Numbered from the stretch's first letter, positions 26,758 to 40,128 are shown. The stretch is 64,000 nucleotides of DNA from Octopus vulgaris (GCA_951406725.2 OX597814.1:87358001-87422000); one strand, 5' to 3'. Notes: a model not told the origin generated them from the letters alone. Translations and numbers: made by a program.

Positions 26758-27322
26758 AATAGTTGAGATGGTAAACGTTTTTAATTTTCATTCCTTTCGA
26801 GAATTTATCCTTTTTGTTGTGGTTTTGAGATTTCTACTGTTCTTTCTAGCACAACGCTTTCCTATTTGGAAGCCTCTTATTGTATTTCTATATGAATAAT
26901 ATATAGTCTAATCGACCCCGAAAGGATGAAAGGCAAAGTCGACCTCGGTGGAGTATAAACTCAGAACGTAACGCCAGACGAAATACCGCTAAGCACTTCA
27001 CCTGGCGTGCTAACGATTCTGCCGGACGGTGTCTGGAGATTGCGCTGAGACGCCAGACGTGTTTAAAAAATACTATCTGGCATGCTCTCATCGCATGAAA
27101 CTAATTCGTTTTTTGTGCTAGGCCACTGGTAATAATAATTTATTATTACCCTATGTATTACGTTTAAATATTGTTTGATAAATTTGTTCGAAATTTTTAC
27201 CGGCATCCTCTCTGTTGCCGGGTATAATCTGCGTCTACGCAGTGGTTTGAAAAGTTAGGATATACAAACCGTTAGTTCTACATGTGGATCTGGCTGTCTG
27301 TATGTCTGAAATCTAAAGGCTA

Positions 27323-27390
27323 TCCCACTGATGAAAACTGGCCCTCAGCGAATATTTTTGCTGGAAATAGATAGAAACCATGGTCTGGGA
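27323..27390 (+). ncRNA. Type I hammerhead ribozyme, copy 2
   Basis: TCCCA-CTGATGA-stem II (TCAGCGAA/TTTGCTGG; base of the stem has mismatches)-GAAAC-CATG-GTC-TGGGA; perfect stem I, palindromic ACCATGGT, GUC triplet at 27383-27385. Confidence 0.85.
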
Positions 27391-27523
27391 AATAGTTGAG
27401 ATGGTAAACGTTTTTAATTTTCATTCCTTTCGAGAATTTATCCTTTTTGTTGTGATTTTTGAGATTTCTAATACTCTTTCTAGCACAACGCTTTCCTATT
27501 AGGAAGCCTCTTATTGTATATAA

Positions 27524-27594
<71 letters not shown>

Positions 27595-28753
27595 ATTCAG
27601 TATATAGCATATCTGTTCATATACTTCATCCACAAATATAATCCTATGAGATTATACATAATCTGCTTACGTATCTAGTCCTCTTTGTCCTTCCTGATAC
27701 TCTATTCTGTACTATTTACAGATGTAACTGTCAATGCTCAGAGTAAACCAAACAATATTTGAGAAATTCTTTTGCGTTGTGGTCGAGAGAGTTCGTCTGC
27801 ATGTCGAGAACTCTAGATTTACTGGACTGCAATTATTTTAGAGGCATTAACTTCAAGCTACATATCCTACAGTATGCGCCACAACGTGACCATCCATTGT
27901 CACTACTTAGCATTTTCTAAATCCGTTGAATTCGAAACTGTGAAGTCTGCCTTACCAAAATTTCTAAGTTCTACAGAATTTGACATTTTGAGGACTTAAC
28001 CTTTTGAAGATTGTTCACCATCTTCTGTAGCCGTAGCAAGCCTTTTTCCAATGAATTGTCGTATATCCATTATATGTTGGACTTGCAACAAAGCATTAAT
28101 AAGTTGTTTATAGGTAACTTTGTCTTAAAAAATTACAAAATGCTTGCTAACACAGTAGTTTGACATACTAAAAAAAATTAATGATTATTTTTGCAACGTG
28201 GTAATTTTTATCTTTCCATCCGTTCAGAATTACTTCAATTTTGTTCAGCCTACAAAAATAGCTATATTTTGTGTATTTGGAGGGTGGCTCCCAGATGGGC
28301 GATAACCGGAACCAAAGAGTCAAGAATTGGGCGGCGTTTGTATATTCATAATAAACATTAGGAAGATATTATTTACCGTCTTTATCCGCTGATTTCTGTT
28401 TAACAAACGCACAACAACGACGAATTTGTGAGGAAATACGGAAATACTTCGCGAGAAACGTGACCAACGCGAAAGTAATATCACGAACGAGGACTAAATG
28501 GAATATTTATGGAATTACATTAAAATTAAATTTTGGTGATTTGAACAGAGCCATTGTAAGCATGGGCAATGCCTAAGTTTGCTTTGACCTGGTGCCACCA
28601 GTATATATCTGTTACTTGTTTCCGTCATTTAACTGCAGCCATGCTGGAGCGCAACCTTGAAAGATTTAATCGAATAGATTGCCCACAGTACTTATTTTTT
28701 AAAGTCTAGTACTAAGATTAATTACTTTAGATTACTTAAAATATGTTTGTAAA

Positions 28754-29166
28754 ATACTGTAATTTTTAAAGACAAATTCACTGCAGTTACGGTAAAAGGT
28801 ATGAAAACACCATATCTGCTTAATGTCACCCAGGCGCATTTCCATATCCTTAGCCTTCCTCAGTAGAAGATACCGCGAGAGACAGATTTTAAAGCCGTGA
28901 TACCACTGTGTTTATTCTGAGCAGGTGGTCCGCGAGCGCAACCAGTCATTGATATTGATTATTCTAAGATAAAGCTACAGCTTTAGAATCTGCCCGGAGT
29001 TGTCTCTCTTCGGTATCTTCTACTGATGAAGACTAAGGAGGCGGAAACACGCCTGAGAGTCCACTAGAAGGAGACACTAAGAAGATATAGTGTTTTTACT
29101 CCTTTTGCCACAAGAGAGAATTTCTTAACGGTAACTGCAATGAATTTGCCTTTAGAAGTTAAAGTA
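28754..29166. repeat. Long imperfect inverted repeat
   Basis: Arms ~28754-28887 and ~29001-29166 (e.g. CAGTAGAAGATACCG/CGGTATCTTCTACTG; AAATTCACTGCAGTTAC/GTAACTGCAATGAATTT). Confidence 0.75.
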
Positions 29167-29539
29167 TGTCACTCGGCTTACTGTAAGAAATGACAGCTAG
29201 ATTCCATTCAAACCATAGCTTATTATGTACCAACTTGAAAATGAGGACATACTAGATGATAAAGTCCCAGATCCTTAAAAAACTGGAAATTATTATGAAT
29301 GAAATGCCTTTGATTATAGATATGCTTAATCAGGTTTGGTTTAGAACTGAACAACATATACGTTATAACTCTCTTTCTGTCTCTCTATCTCTCGTTTAAG
29401 GTTCTCTCTATATATATAGCAGTCTCCTCATACACACACACTCACTCATACACGCATGCATACATACATACATACATGCATACATACATACATACATACA
29501 TACATACATACATACATACATACATACATACATGTATAA

Positions 29540-30920
29540 TGGTCGTCCACTCGTGACCGAGGAAAACCATTACTGATCATTAGGAACATTGTGCGCTCAA
29601 GACTACCTTATACCTTATACTTGCGATTCTGTTGGTGACTAACGAGCCCTGCTCTTGACAAACATACACGGCTAGCAGTGCGTTTTCGAGCAACACGCTT
29701 AAATTAGTCATAAAGAATACGTGCCCTTTCAAAGGTATCGACTTCCTTCTTTATCTTTTTCCTCCATCCGTGGAGACGACGAACATTACTCTCCCAGTCA
29801 GCCTCCCGTATTTCACAGGCCTTTAATGAGGACTTTATATAGTCCTTAAATCGCAAACTTGGCTTCTGCCGAGGTAGCTGGTTCCACATATGGGTTTCCT
29901 GGTGCAGGCTGGAACCTTACAACAGTCTTGTGCTGTCAAATGCTGATTCCAGAGGCCTTAAAAGAAGCAGAAATATGATTTACAAGTATTTGCAATCATT
30001 CGTTGTATGAGTGACTAAGTCACAGTCATTTGCATAAATGAGGTGACGAATAAGAAACTGGAAAACTTTTGAATTGGCAGTAAATCGATGCATGTTAAAA
30101 AGACGGCCACAGCAAAAGCATGAGTAAGAGTAGCAGCAAAGTACAGAGGAAAGAGAGTTGGAGCAAGGATATCACCCTACTTGACACCATTCTCTACAAG
30201 AATGGGTCCCGCCATGCCACCACCAACATTGACCCAAGCCTCCATCCCATCATGAAATGATTTGATTATTGATACAAAGTGATCCGGACATCCAAGTTTA
30301 CCAAGTATTTTCCATTGGGAGACCCTATTCACAGCATCAATGGCTTTGGTTAAATCAGTGAATACCTGGACAAGATCCATATTCTGTTCATAGCACTTTT
30401 CCTGCATCTGTCTTGCTGTGAAAATCATATCAATCGTTCCTCTTTCGGATCGGAAACCACATTGAGATTCAGATAGGACCTCATTTACAAAACACCTATT
30501 CAGGCGGGTTAGAAGAATGCTTGCTAGAATCTTGCCAGCATTGATAGTAGAGCAATGCCTCTGTTGTCGCACTCTACTCTGGCTCACTTTCCTTTATAGA
30601 GAGGGAGAATAATTGCATCCTTCCAGTCTTTAGGTATTGCACCATCCCTCCAGATTACACTAATAAGTTCATGAAGAGACTGTGTGATGTGATCACCACC
30701 AAATTGCAGGACCTCAGCACAAATACCATCCTTACCAGGAGACTTACTAAGATTCAATTTACTTATTGCTGTCATTACCTCATCTATTGAGGGCGTGGAA
30801 TTTAAGGAGCTAATGACAGGTCTCTGTTGCATAGTGTCAATCACTGCTTCATCAACAGGTGACTCATGGTTTAGGAGTTCAGAAAAATGTTCAATCATGG
30901 CACGCCCACGCCCCTGAGCA
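29540..30920 (-). mobile_element. RTE-clade LINE, degraded (RT domain to 3' end)
   Basis: KSPGKDGI, IPKDWKDAIILPLYKGK, SESQCGFRSERGTIDMIFTARQMQEKCYEQ, DLTKAIDAVNR, LRFKDYIKSSLK; frameshifts and deletions. Confidence 0.92.
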
Positions 30921-30943
30921 TGCAACATACATACATACATACA

Positions 30944-30979
<36 letters not shown>

Positions 30980-31065
30980 CATATGTATGTACGCACATAC
31001 ATACGTACATACATATAAACATACATATTCTTTCTCTTTTTCTATCTTTCTTTTTGATGTACACA

Positions 31066-31100
<35 letters not shown>

Positions 31101-32734
31101 CCTCTCTCTGTCTTTCTCTGTTTCTTCTAATCCACTGCCTCTTTCTTCTCCATCCTTTAACGCTCTTGATTCAAATATCCTTCCCACCTCCATTTTTTTC
31201 TTTTTATTCCTCCTCTTCTCTTTTTCTACTCCTTCTGCGCCCTTCGTAATTCATCTCTTTTGTCCTCTTTTCAATCTCTGGCTGAAAGACCATATCTTCC
31301 TATTCTTTTAAAGTTATATGTGAACTCTCCCAATCTCCGTACTCTTTAAGTCCTTTGAAGTATATTGGCTACAAGACATAAAGGATGTTATTTACCATTA
31401 CACTTCACTTGCAAGATGAACTACAAGAATGCAAAAGACTCCTTCCAGCACGAAGCGGTCTGACATGGCTCTGTATGTACCACATACACTATATAGTGTA
31501 GTCCTAGATATCCTTGAAAAACAAAACGGTGGTGTTATGAGTGGGATGTCTTTGAAAATACGTTTGTTCGAAACACGGTTGACTTAGAACTAAACACACA
31601 CACACACACACAAACACAGTGAATGAGAGAAAGAGAAGGGGAGAGAGAGAGAGAGGGGAGAGAGAGTGAGAGAGAACAAACCTCCTCCGCCTCCTCGACT
31701 CTTTTTATCCATTCCATTTGTTTAACATCGAGATAGTAGCAGACGAGCCACGTCTCAAGACTTTGTCATGAGTCTCACTACTTTACTCATAATCTCATGC
31801 TTTCTCATTTTTACAAGCAATTTCACACTCTTTCTCCAAAAGTAAAATAAAAGACAATTTTAGAACATCTGAAGACTTATCATAGTCCTGATGCGCATTT
31901 TTAGCCTACTCGTAGACCATTCTGCACGCAGCAACAGAATCTACAGTTTGTATTATCGTACCATTGGGAAATATTTATTACACTTGCGGCTCGCTATAGC
32001 GACAGACAGCGATTATGCACATGCTAGGCATTTTGGGGCTCGTGTCTGCTCCAGTGCAGTATAGAGGTTAGAAACAGTGTGGCTATGAATTACATTTGTC
32101 CTTTCTTATCACAAATAGAAGAATACTAATAAAAACCATAAGGACTACATTTTACTATAGATATCATGTGACATTGAATCCCAACTGCGCTTACACTAAA
32201 ACCAGTTCTACTAGAAAATTTGCTAGTTTTTATAATTTCTCACCACTTTTTTAGTTCCAGGTTTGATTTCTCATGACTTTTGACTTTTGAGGATTGGTAA
32301 AACTGTAGTATCATTCTAATCTAACAAGGCAGCCGATTTCTACGTGTCTCTTCTATTAACCTCAATTCATTTCTTCAGCGAGAACGGAGGCTTCCGCCCA
32401 CTTTTTTCTCTACCGGCATCACCTTACAGTATTTAAGGTTTAAATGAACCCCTTAGATCTTACCAGTTTTGGATGATTTGCAAATATCATAAGAACTGTC
32501 TTCCTTCAGACTAAATAAGAAAATCAAATCACATCCATGGATGCTACTGAAAGCTTGAGAAAGCTAATAATTTACTTTTTGCAAGAATGTTGTACACAGA
32601 GCTTGTGACTGTGAGTTCAATTGGCATGGAAAAACTTTCGATTGCTATTGCAGTTGTTAAAAACAACAGAAACATATACTTAACAAATCACCTTTTGAAA
32701 ACTAGAGTATTTTATATATAATATGAACAAGAGA

Positions 32735-33330
32735 GGCACAGGCGAGGCTGAGTGGTAAGGAGTTTGCTTCCCAATCACTTGGTTTCGGTTACAGTCCCAC
32801 AACATGGCACTTTAAGCAAGTATCTTCTACTATAGCCCGGCTATAGATGGAAACTGAAAGAAACTTGTCATGTATGGATGTATGTATGTATGTATGTATG
32901 TATGTATGTATGTATGTATGTATGTATGTATGTATGTATATGACCAAATAAAGTTTATTTTTCAACATTGTCCTCTTTTCGACCACACATTGTCCTCCTT
33001 TCGACCATTGGTGTTGTGCTTGAATCTCATTAAGGAATAAGCTTTCAACCTGTTCGTCAAAAATGTCAACAACAGCATGTATGTATGTGTACGTGTGGTG
33101 TGTGTAAGTATCTGTGTGTATGTATGTGTGTGTGTGTGTTTGTACTTTCCCCTACCACCGCTTGACAACCGGTGTTCGTTTGTTTACGTCCCCAATTGCT
33201 TGGTGGTTAGGCAAGAGAGACCGATAGAATAAGTACTAGGTTTTAAAAGTTCTGAGGTCAAATCGTTCGACTAGAACCCTTCAAGATGTTGTCCTAGCTT
33301 GGCTGCAGTTCAATGACTGAAACAAGTAAA
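32735..33330 (+). mobile_element. CORE-type SINE, degraded
   Basis: GGCTGAGTGGTAAGGAGTTTGCTTCCCAA head; AGAGACCGATAGAATAAGTACTAGG tail. Confidence 0.65.
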
Positions 33331-34709
33331 AAAAAAGTATTAAAAATATCATACAAGTACGAAACATTTCTATGTCTCATGCAAAATTTAGATTGTTTTG
33401 GAGTTTAATATGAGGATGTGTTATATATTCGAGCGACAGGAACATATATTTCCTCGTGTTGTCATGCTTTCTCAAAATACTTTATTATTACACTAGTAGT
33501 TTTGAATGTAATTTTATCTTGAAAACTTTATAATCGAAAGTTATTCATTTGGAGACCGTCAGAATGATGTAGACGCCTCTGATAAGGTTCCAAAACAGAT
33601 TAAGGTTATTCACCATTTTAAACGGTGGTGCATCAGCATGGCCGCAGTTCTGAACTGAAACTACAGAAAAAATATTTGACTTGCGCAATCGATGTTCTTG
33701 AGACAGATATGAACATCACACAATCTTATTCCTCTACTCCTCTTAAATAAATCTGTCATTGTCTCTCAAAAAAATTTATATGATATTATCAGTGATGTCA
33801 ATATTAAATCTAGTTTATTCTTGAGATAGAAAATTATACTTCTGTACATTGATCACCAAAATGCATGTCGGTTTTATGGAGCTCAAACATGTAAATCGTC
33901 AAGAAGACAACACCTTGCCCATTGGACTATCATATCACCTCTCAACAATAGATATATTATACAGGTTAGGCTGTAGTGGTAAAAATTACCAATAATAAGT
34001 TTAGAATTCGATGGCTCTAGATTTTACTGCAAGTGTCTCGTTAAACTTCTGATCTGAACATTTTTACCTTTCTTGTCTTCAATTCAGTTTACTGTGAGCT
34101 TTAGATGCCAGGCTTTCTGTGAAAATTATTGGTGTTGACGATATATTGATTTCGTTAGTTCAGACAACTAGCTCTATTTATCACACCAGCATACCAGTCA
34201 CAATACAGTATATTCTGTTTAATTCGGGCAACGCTAAACCGAGCCGATATTTGTGAGGAATCTAAATTATAAAAGTCGACCGAGAAAATATTAAAATCTG
34301 ATTTGTATCTTTTTAATTCATAACTTAAATCTTGGAGTAATTAAGAAATGCTGTTTAATTAGGCTACTATGTGCTTGTCCTGATGTCTCGCACTTAATCG
34401 TTTCTCATCATTCTACATAAAGATGGATTGGATATTTACTCAGGCTGCCACTAGAAAGACCATTTATAATATAATATTATGATGTTGTGCTTAAAAATCA
34501 TATTTTCACGCAATTCTCATACTTCAATAGTTTCGTGAGTAAAGCAACCAGGAAAATTTTAGTTTCCATATTTCACATAGTAAAGATTATCGATACCTTG
34601 GGATACTAGAATTGAAAACAAGAATGAAGAAGTTAAGAACTACTTTGATCTCAAATTTTGCATTGTAAATATTTGATCCTTTTATGAGAATATATACAAG
34701 TATCAGTTC

Positions 34710-35020
34710 TTCCGTCGTTGAAGACGATGACCAAAGACATCGCATGGAAGAAGAAAACAGGTCACGGTGCTTCTAGCTGTGGCTGATCAGGCCGATGCGT
34801 GCTTGGAAGGCTCTGCCGCAGGTCGGGCACTGGTAGTCTGTTGGGACTGAAAGTGAGGCGTTGGCTTCGGATTTGTGTCCCTGCAATCATGTTTTGTTCG
34901 TAGGAGGTGGCACCTCTGTTGGTGCAGCTTCGCCAAGCAGAGCGTCTTGCACTTGCATTTTCCAGGTGTCGAAGTTGAATTCAAAACTCTTCAATGAGGC
35001 CTTGAGTGTATCCTTGACGT
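34710..35020 (-). mobile_element. RTE (BovB-like) LINE 3' end
   Basis: Minus strand translates KDTLKASLKSF..WENASARRSAWR and C-terminal C2H2-like CPTCGRAFQARIGLISH. Confidence 0.85.
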
Positions 35021-35289
35021 ACTCTGTCCACTTTTCTAGAATTGTTTTGCATTTTTGTCAGTGAAGAGAGTGATCCCTTCAGCACTGAGCAGAAGTGATG
35101 GTGTAGGGGAGTGTGACCCGTGGGTAGATTTCAAAGCATTGTAAAAGCGCTTGGAGTTGTTACTGTCAGTGTAAAAAGATAAGTACTCTAAAGCGTTTAA
35201 TTTGGAGCGCTATCGTTTTTACCAAACTTTAAAAGAGGAATGTGATTAGTAGCTACCCAAAAGTGACAATAAGGTACTACATCCCTATG

Positions 35290-35580
35290 TGACAGAGAAT
35301 CCCTCTGTTATTGAATACATGCATCAAAACATCTGGCAAGTGTAAACATATCATGCCGGATATTGTTTGGGAAAGATAAGAAAAAAATATGTAGCGTCAG
35401 AAGTCCAGAGAGAAAGAGAGTAACTATGGACAACTGCTTTGAAGTCTCCAGCTTCTATATTCCATTATAAATTCACATTTATACCAATAATAGTTGGTGC
35501 ATTTGGCTTTATAAATATATGCCTAAGTGACAATCTGGATAAGCTAGGGTTTTCAGAAAAAGAAATCAACTAGCTAACTC
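35290..35580 (+). mobile_element. Restriction-like endonuclease (REL) LINE remnant, R4/Dong/NeSL-type
   Basis: Frameshifted KCKHIMPDIV..EKESNYGQLL..YKFTFIPIIVGAFG..LDKLGF, matching the HNRPD..K..Y..PIVVGALG REL pattern. Confidence 0.65.
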
Positions 35581-35600
35581 GCACAATTGAAATACGATCT

Positions 35601-35740
<140 letters not shown>

Positions 35741-36324
35741 TGTGTGCGTGTGATAGCTGTAGAACCTAAAACAAAATAATGTTTAATTAAATTAAACTTT
35801 GAAAACTCAGAGATTACTCGTTCTCTAATTAACATTCCTGTACGCCACGCGGCAAAAGTTTTATTGGCTTAATAAAGCCACATATTCATATAAAAAGAGG
35901 AATTATTAGTTTCCAAGAATATTTAGAAACCCTTCAGATATCACGCCTTTTCTCCAGAATTCCAGTGGTACTCATTAAAGATATTACGCTACAAAGTAAT
36001 ATCTTTAAAGTTGCATGTCGTCAATCCATTTCGTGTCGTCCTCAAATAATCAGCAATCGAGCCTCTACATGGTCGCTCGCCCTGTTAAAAATGGCAGTTA
36101 AATCTTTTTCAAATGATACCTTAGGAGTATATAAAATCACAGCTAGGAATATATCATTCAATGTAACCTTACTCTTAAAAAAGAAAGGCATACGAAATGA
36201 TGGCGTTCTAGTTATTACACAGGAAAGCTTTTATCATAGGCATGCTCGACCAGAACCGTCTTGGAGTTAAACAGCGAAAACAATCGCCCCCACCCATTTC
36301 GTTTGAAATTATAAACATATTGTT

Positions 36325-36565
36325 AGAGGCTGTGTGGTAAGAATCTTGCTTCTCAACCACGTGGTTTCGGGTTCAGCCCCACTGTGTTTTACCTTAGGCA
36401 GGTGTCTTTTACTACAGCCTCAGGCCAATTAAAGCATTGTGGGTGGATTTGGTAGACAGAAACTGAAATAAGTTCTGGGCTTGTTCGACTAAAAAAACAC
36501 CTTCAAGGCTGTACTACAGCATGGTCGCAGTCAAATGACTCAAGAAAGGAAAAGAATAAAAGAAT
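36325..36565 (+). mobile_element. CORE-type SINE, internally deleted
   Basis: GGCTGTGTGGTAAG..GGTTCAGCCCCACTG..CAGCATGGTCGCAGTCAAATGACT. Confidence 0.7.
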
Positions 36566-37929
36566 AATCGGAAAACCATTCTGATCGCCTTCAGACTAAT
36601 TTTGTGTTTCTTCACCAACAATTATGCAAATCATTTAGCAATGAAAATAACTGTTACACACAAATCAATTATTTATTTCAAATACATAAACTACGTGATT
36701 CTTTACTGCGAGAAACTCTGAATTTGGGATGTAAAAGATAGTCTTAAACCCAACTCAGTTATTAAAATCTAACACCAACCAGACATGAAAATAATTTGTA
36801 CTTGAATTTAGAATTTTTAGAGAGAATCTATGCTTTTGTTAAACACAAACCCTTGTAGTCTTTATTAATTACCTTAAAGCATCTGAGCTTACGAGGGAAC
36901 ATATACGCGGTCATTTGACCTGTTAGAAACCGTAGCCAAATTCCATTAAATCACATCTTATTGTTTTTAAAATGGAAGTTATATTGGACAGTGTAATCCT
37001 AGATATATAAAAAAAACTGAAATGCCTTTGATTACGAGTGTATTTGATCAGAGCTGAGCTCGAGTTAAACAACAACAGGAACGTTAAGCACATGTAGAAC
37101 ACGACAAGAATTTAAACCAAAATGATTAAAGCACAGCTAGAGCACAACTCACTTTTTTCTTCTTGTGCTTCTTTTCTGATGAAGACTTAGAGACCGAAGT
37201 CATTAAAGGAGATATTTGATGACAATAACTATCTTACTAATAAACATATGGCTTCTGTTACTGATAATATGAATGAAGCAGGAAAAAGACACTCTGCATC
37301 TACAAATTTTATTACAAAAATCAATTTTAATCATTTCTTAATAAGCAAAATAACACTAAAGGATTATCTTTATGATAAAAATTAAATGAAACTATTAGCG
37401 GGATAAGCTAACTGTCGATCTGTGTTGCAAAATTATTAAAGCTTGTACAGGATAGCAGCCGACCGATTATGAATCAAATTAGAGCCATATGTTTTATCTG
37501 AATGGTTTATACAATCAAGTGTGAAGCATGAATATTGCTAACTTCAGCATTAGCCAAATATCCTGTGACAGATTGCACAACGTAGTCTAGACACGTCTAA
37601 AAAATTGAGATGAGGAAGGCAGGAGCAAAGCTAGACTAGAGGTTTGCTCAATCAAGACTAATCCGGAACTCAGCAACATTTCTGCGACACTGAAGATGAC
37701 AACAATATGACTAACATCTAAGCTACTCTGTCATCTCTGAAATAGATATTGTAATATACCCTTTTTCTGCATTATACTAATGGCCTGTTTGAGGATATAA
37801 ACGATTCGACATTAAAATTCGTTAACATACTTTCTCCTGTTGTTTATTCAAACAAGCAACACGCTTTCATTCACACTCACTCAGATACATATATGTATGT
37901 GTGTGTTTACGTCTGTAAGTCTGCATCTG

Positions 37930-37966
<37 letters not shown>

Positions 37967-38447
37967 TTATATTTATATTTATGCTTACATACATATATAG
38001 ATATAAATATACATGCTCGTGAGCGCGCGTATACACACACACACACATACATGGACGCGCACACACACTCACTCAAACACACATCACACGTTCATGGAGT
38101 GAACGAGTGAGCAAGAGAAATACTGAGAGACGTCTGTTTATTTAACATTTGTTAGAAGTTTAGTGGCAAGGAGAGAAGAAAACGTAAAGATTGCGATAAA
38201 CTACGAAAGAATGATGCAACGAAATAAATAACAAAAACTACATCTCAAGGATGAATATATTCCCCGGTGATGTCGATGCTCAAGATACTTTCAAATGTTT
38301 CCTCGCTGTAAAGACTGAAAGAAAGTAAAGGCTTTTTATTCTATAGATTGGTCAGTTTTTCTAGAGTATATATTTACATACATCAATGTGTTTATATTCT
38401 CATATATGCAATAATTTTTAGTGAGTGTAGAGATGCACATTTATATA

Positions 38448-38630
38448 GGGAGAATTCACGAAAAAAACAAAAGACGAAGACAGATGGTGTAGAAAACAAA
38501 CAGATGTATTAGTATAACGCTCAGGAATTGAAAAAGTCTTTTACGTTTCGAGCCTACGTTCATCCACAGAAAGGAACACAGAAAGAAACAAGGAAAGAAA
38601 CAAGGAGAGAAAAAATGTGTGTAGTGGCTA
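38448..38630 (-). mobile_element. pLTR-like repeat with HHR-like motif (38538-38573)
   Basis: Minus strand CTTT-CTGTGGA-T-GAAC(GTAG)GCTC-GAAAC-GTA-AAAG; perfect 4-bp stem I. Confidence 0.6.
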
Positions 38631-38664
<34 letters not shown>

Positions 38665-38670
<6 letters not shown>

Positions 38671-38924
38671 GAAATGAGGTAATCAGAAGATCGGATGGTT
38701 TATATTTACAGATATTTATTTATTTATATATTACATTTTATATATATATATCATATCACTTAGATCATTAGCGCATTCTCCCATTCTAGTGGGGTTTTCG
38801 AAAATCCCACTAGAATGGGAGAAAGCGCTAATGATCTAAGTGATATGATATATATATAAAAAATGTAATATATAAATAAATATCTGTAAATATAAACCAT
38901 CCGATCTTCTGATTACCTCATTTC

Positions 38925-38930
<6 letters not shown>
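38665..38930. repeat. Near-perfect spacerless palindrome (~133-bp arms)
   Basis: Centred on TTTTC|GAAAA (38799/38800); the arms differ only by a couple of substitutions and short-repeat indels; flanked by (TA)n. Confidence 0.92.
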
Positions 38931-38982
<52 letters not shown>

Positions 38983-39664
38983 TTTATATTTACATTTACA
39001 TTTACATTTGCACAAAAAAATGTCCGCGTGGGTCGAAGAGAGGAGATATTACTATTTTCTGTCAAGTTTCCTTACCGTTATGGCGACTGCATATTAATTA
39101 TTGATTTGCCTATAATTGGATTCCACAGACAATGTCATGCATCTCTACTCTGCTTTCAAGTATAGCTCCAGAAAATTTAAGTTTTCATCCATTAAAGCAA
39201 CGCATGTAACATTAATGATGAGCTGCTTCAATGTTTCCTTTTTGGATTGGTCTAGAAATACTTCGAATCGAGGAATTTGCATCTTAACTCTGGGCGAAGC
39301 CAAGTAGAGATACTTTACAACTTTATGAACATTTTTTCCTATCAACTTTGTGAACATTGTACCAACGTGATGCAACAGCCATATTTTGGATCTAGAGTTG
39401 AGCGACTATGCTAGCTCTAGTTATAATGTCCCAGTTTAAAACACTTATCTCAAGAAATGGTACTTTGTAGTCTCAGTTTTCAACATCTAAAAAATTAAAC
39501 CAAAATCACTCTCCCCAGCGCACCCATTTGACAGCATGGATCAACGTAAAGAGAACTGGGATGCAGTTATTCATGGCCTATCGCTTGTTGGCTGGTCTTT
39601 CTCAGTCACTTCCTCTAATACCAAAATGTCTTGGTAGCTATTTGGTGACACAATTATCAACATA

Positions 39665-40091
39665 CGAGGTCTACTCAGAAAGTATCGGGGCTGTTGCTAT
39701 GGTAACGGAGCTAAAATGCGCAGTGTGAAGCCGCTTGGCACAGACTGACCTTGAACTCCGCCGGGCATGCACAGTAAGTTATAACGGTCTCGCTCACTTC
39801 CGTTGTTTATAGTAGTTCTTGGAAATAAAGTGTGTAGAGTGTGGTCATCTCAAAAAGAAGATCGGGTTTCGGCAGCATAGAATCTCCTTGACTGTGTCGA
39901 GGGAGACGAACACTTTTTGAAAACGGTCTATAGTTATGACACCAAAACGAAGGCTCAGTCTTCGCAGGGTAAGACCCCCAACAAGATTTTAAGACATCGA
40001 GAAAATCCAAGAGAAGGCAACGGGGCAGTTCCTCGCTATCCCAAAAAAGGAGTTCCAGGGATGCTTCCATCAATGGAAAAGAAACTGGATA

Positions 40092-40100
<9 letters not shown>
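39665..40100 (+). mobile_element. Deleted mariner remnant
   Basis: TA-CGAGG start; VYSYDTKTKAQSSQ and EFQGCFHQWKRNWIKCV mariner motifs; right end replaced by (GT)n. Confidence 0.7.

Positions 40101-40128
<28 letters not shown>

Larger units (their letters stand above)
26607..27516 (+). mobile_element. Non-coding Penelope-type/retrozyme-like element with two tandem hammerheads
   Basis: ~250-bp direct repeats 26636-26885 and 27271-27519; 14-bp TSD-like TATATAACACTATA (26593-26606, 27517-27530); 30-bp inverted copy of 27130-27159 at 26606-26635. Confidence 0.8.

Noticed and set aside
37172-37210. HHR at CTGATGAAGACTT..GAAGTC
   Set aside because: No GAAA core and no stem III; just a short hairpin after a chance heptamer
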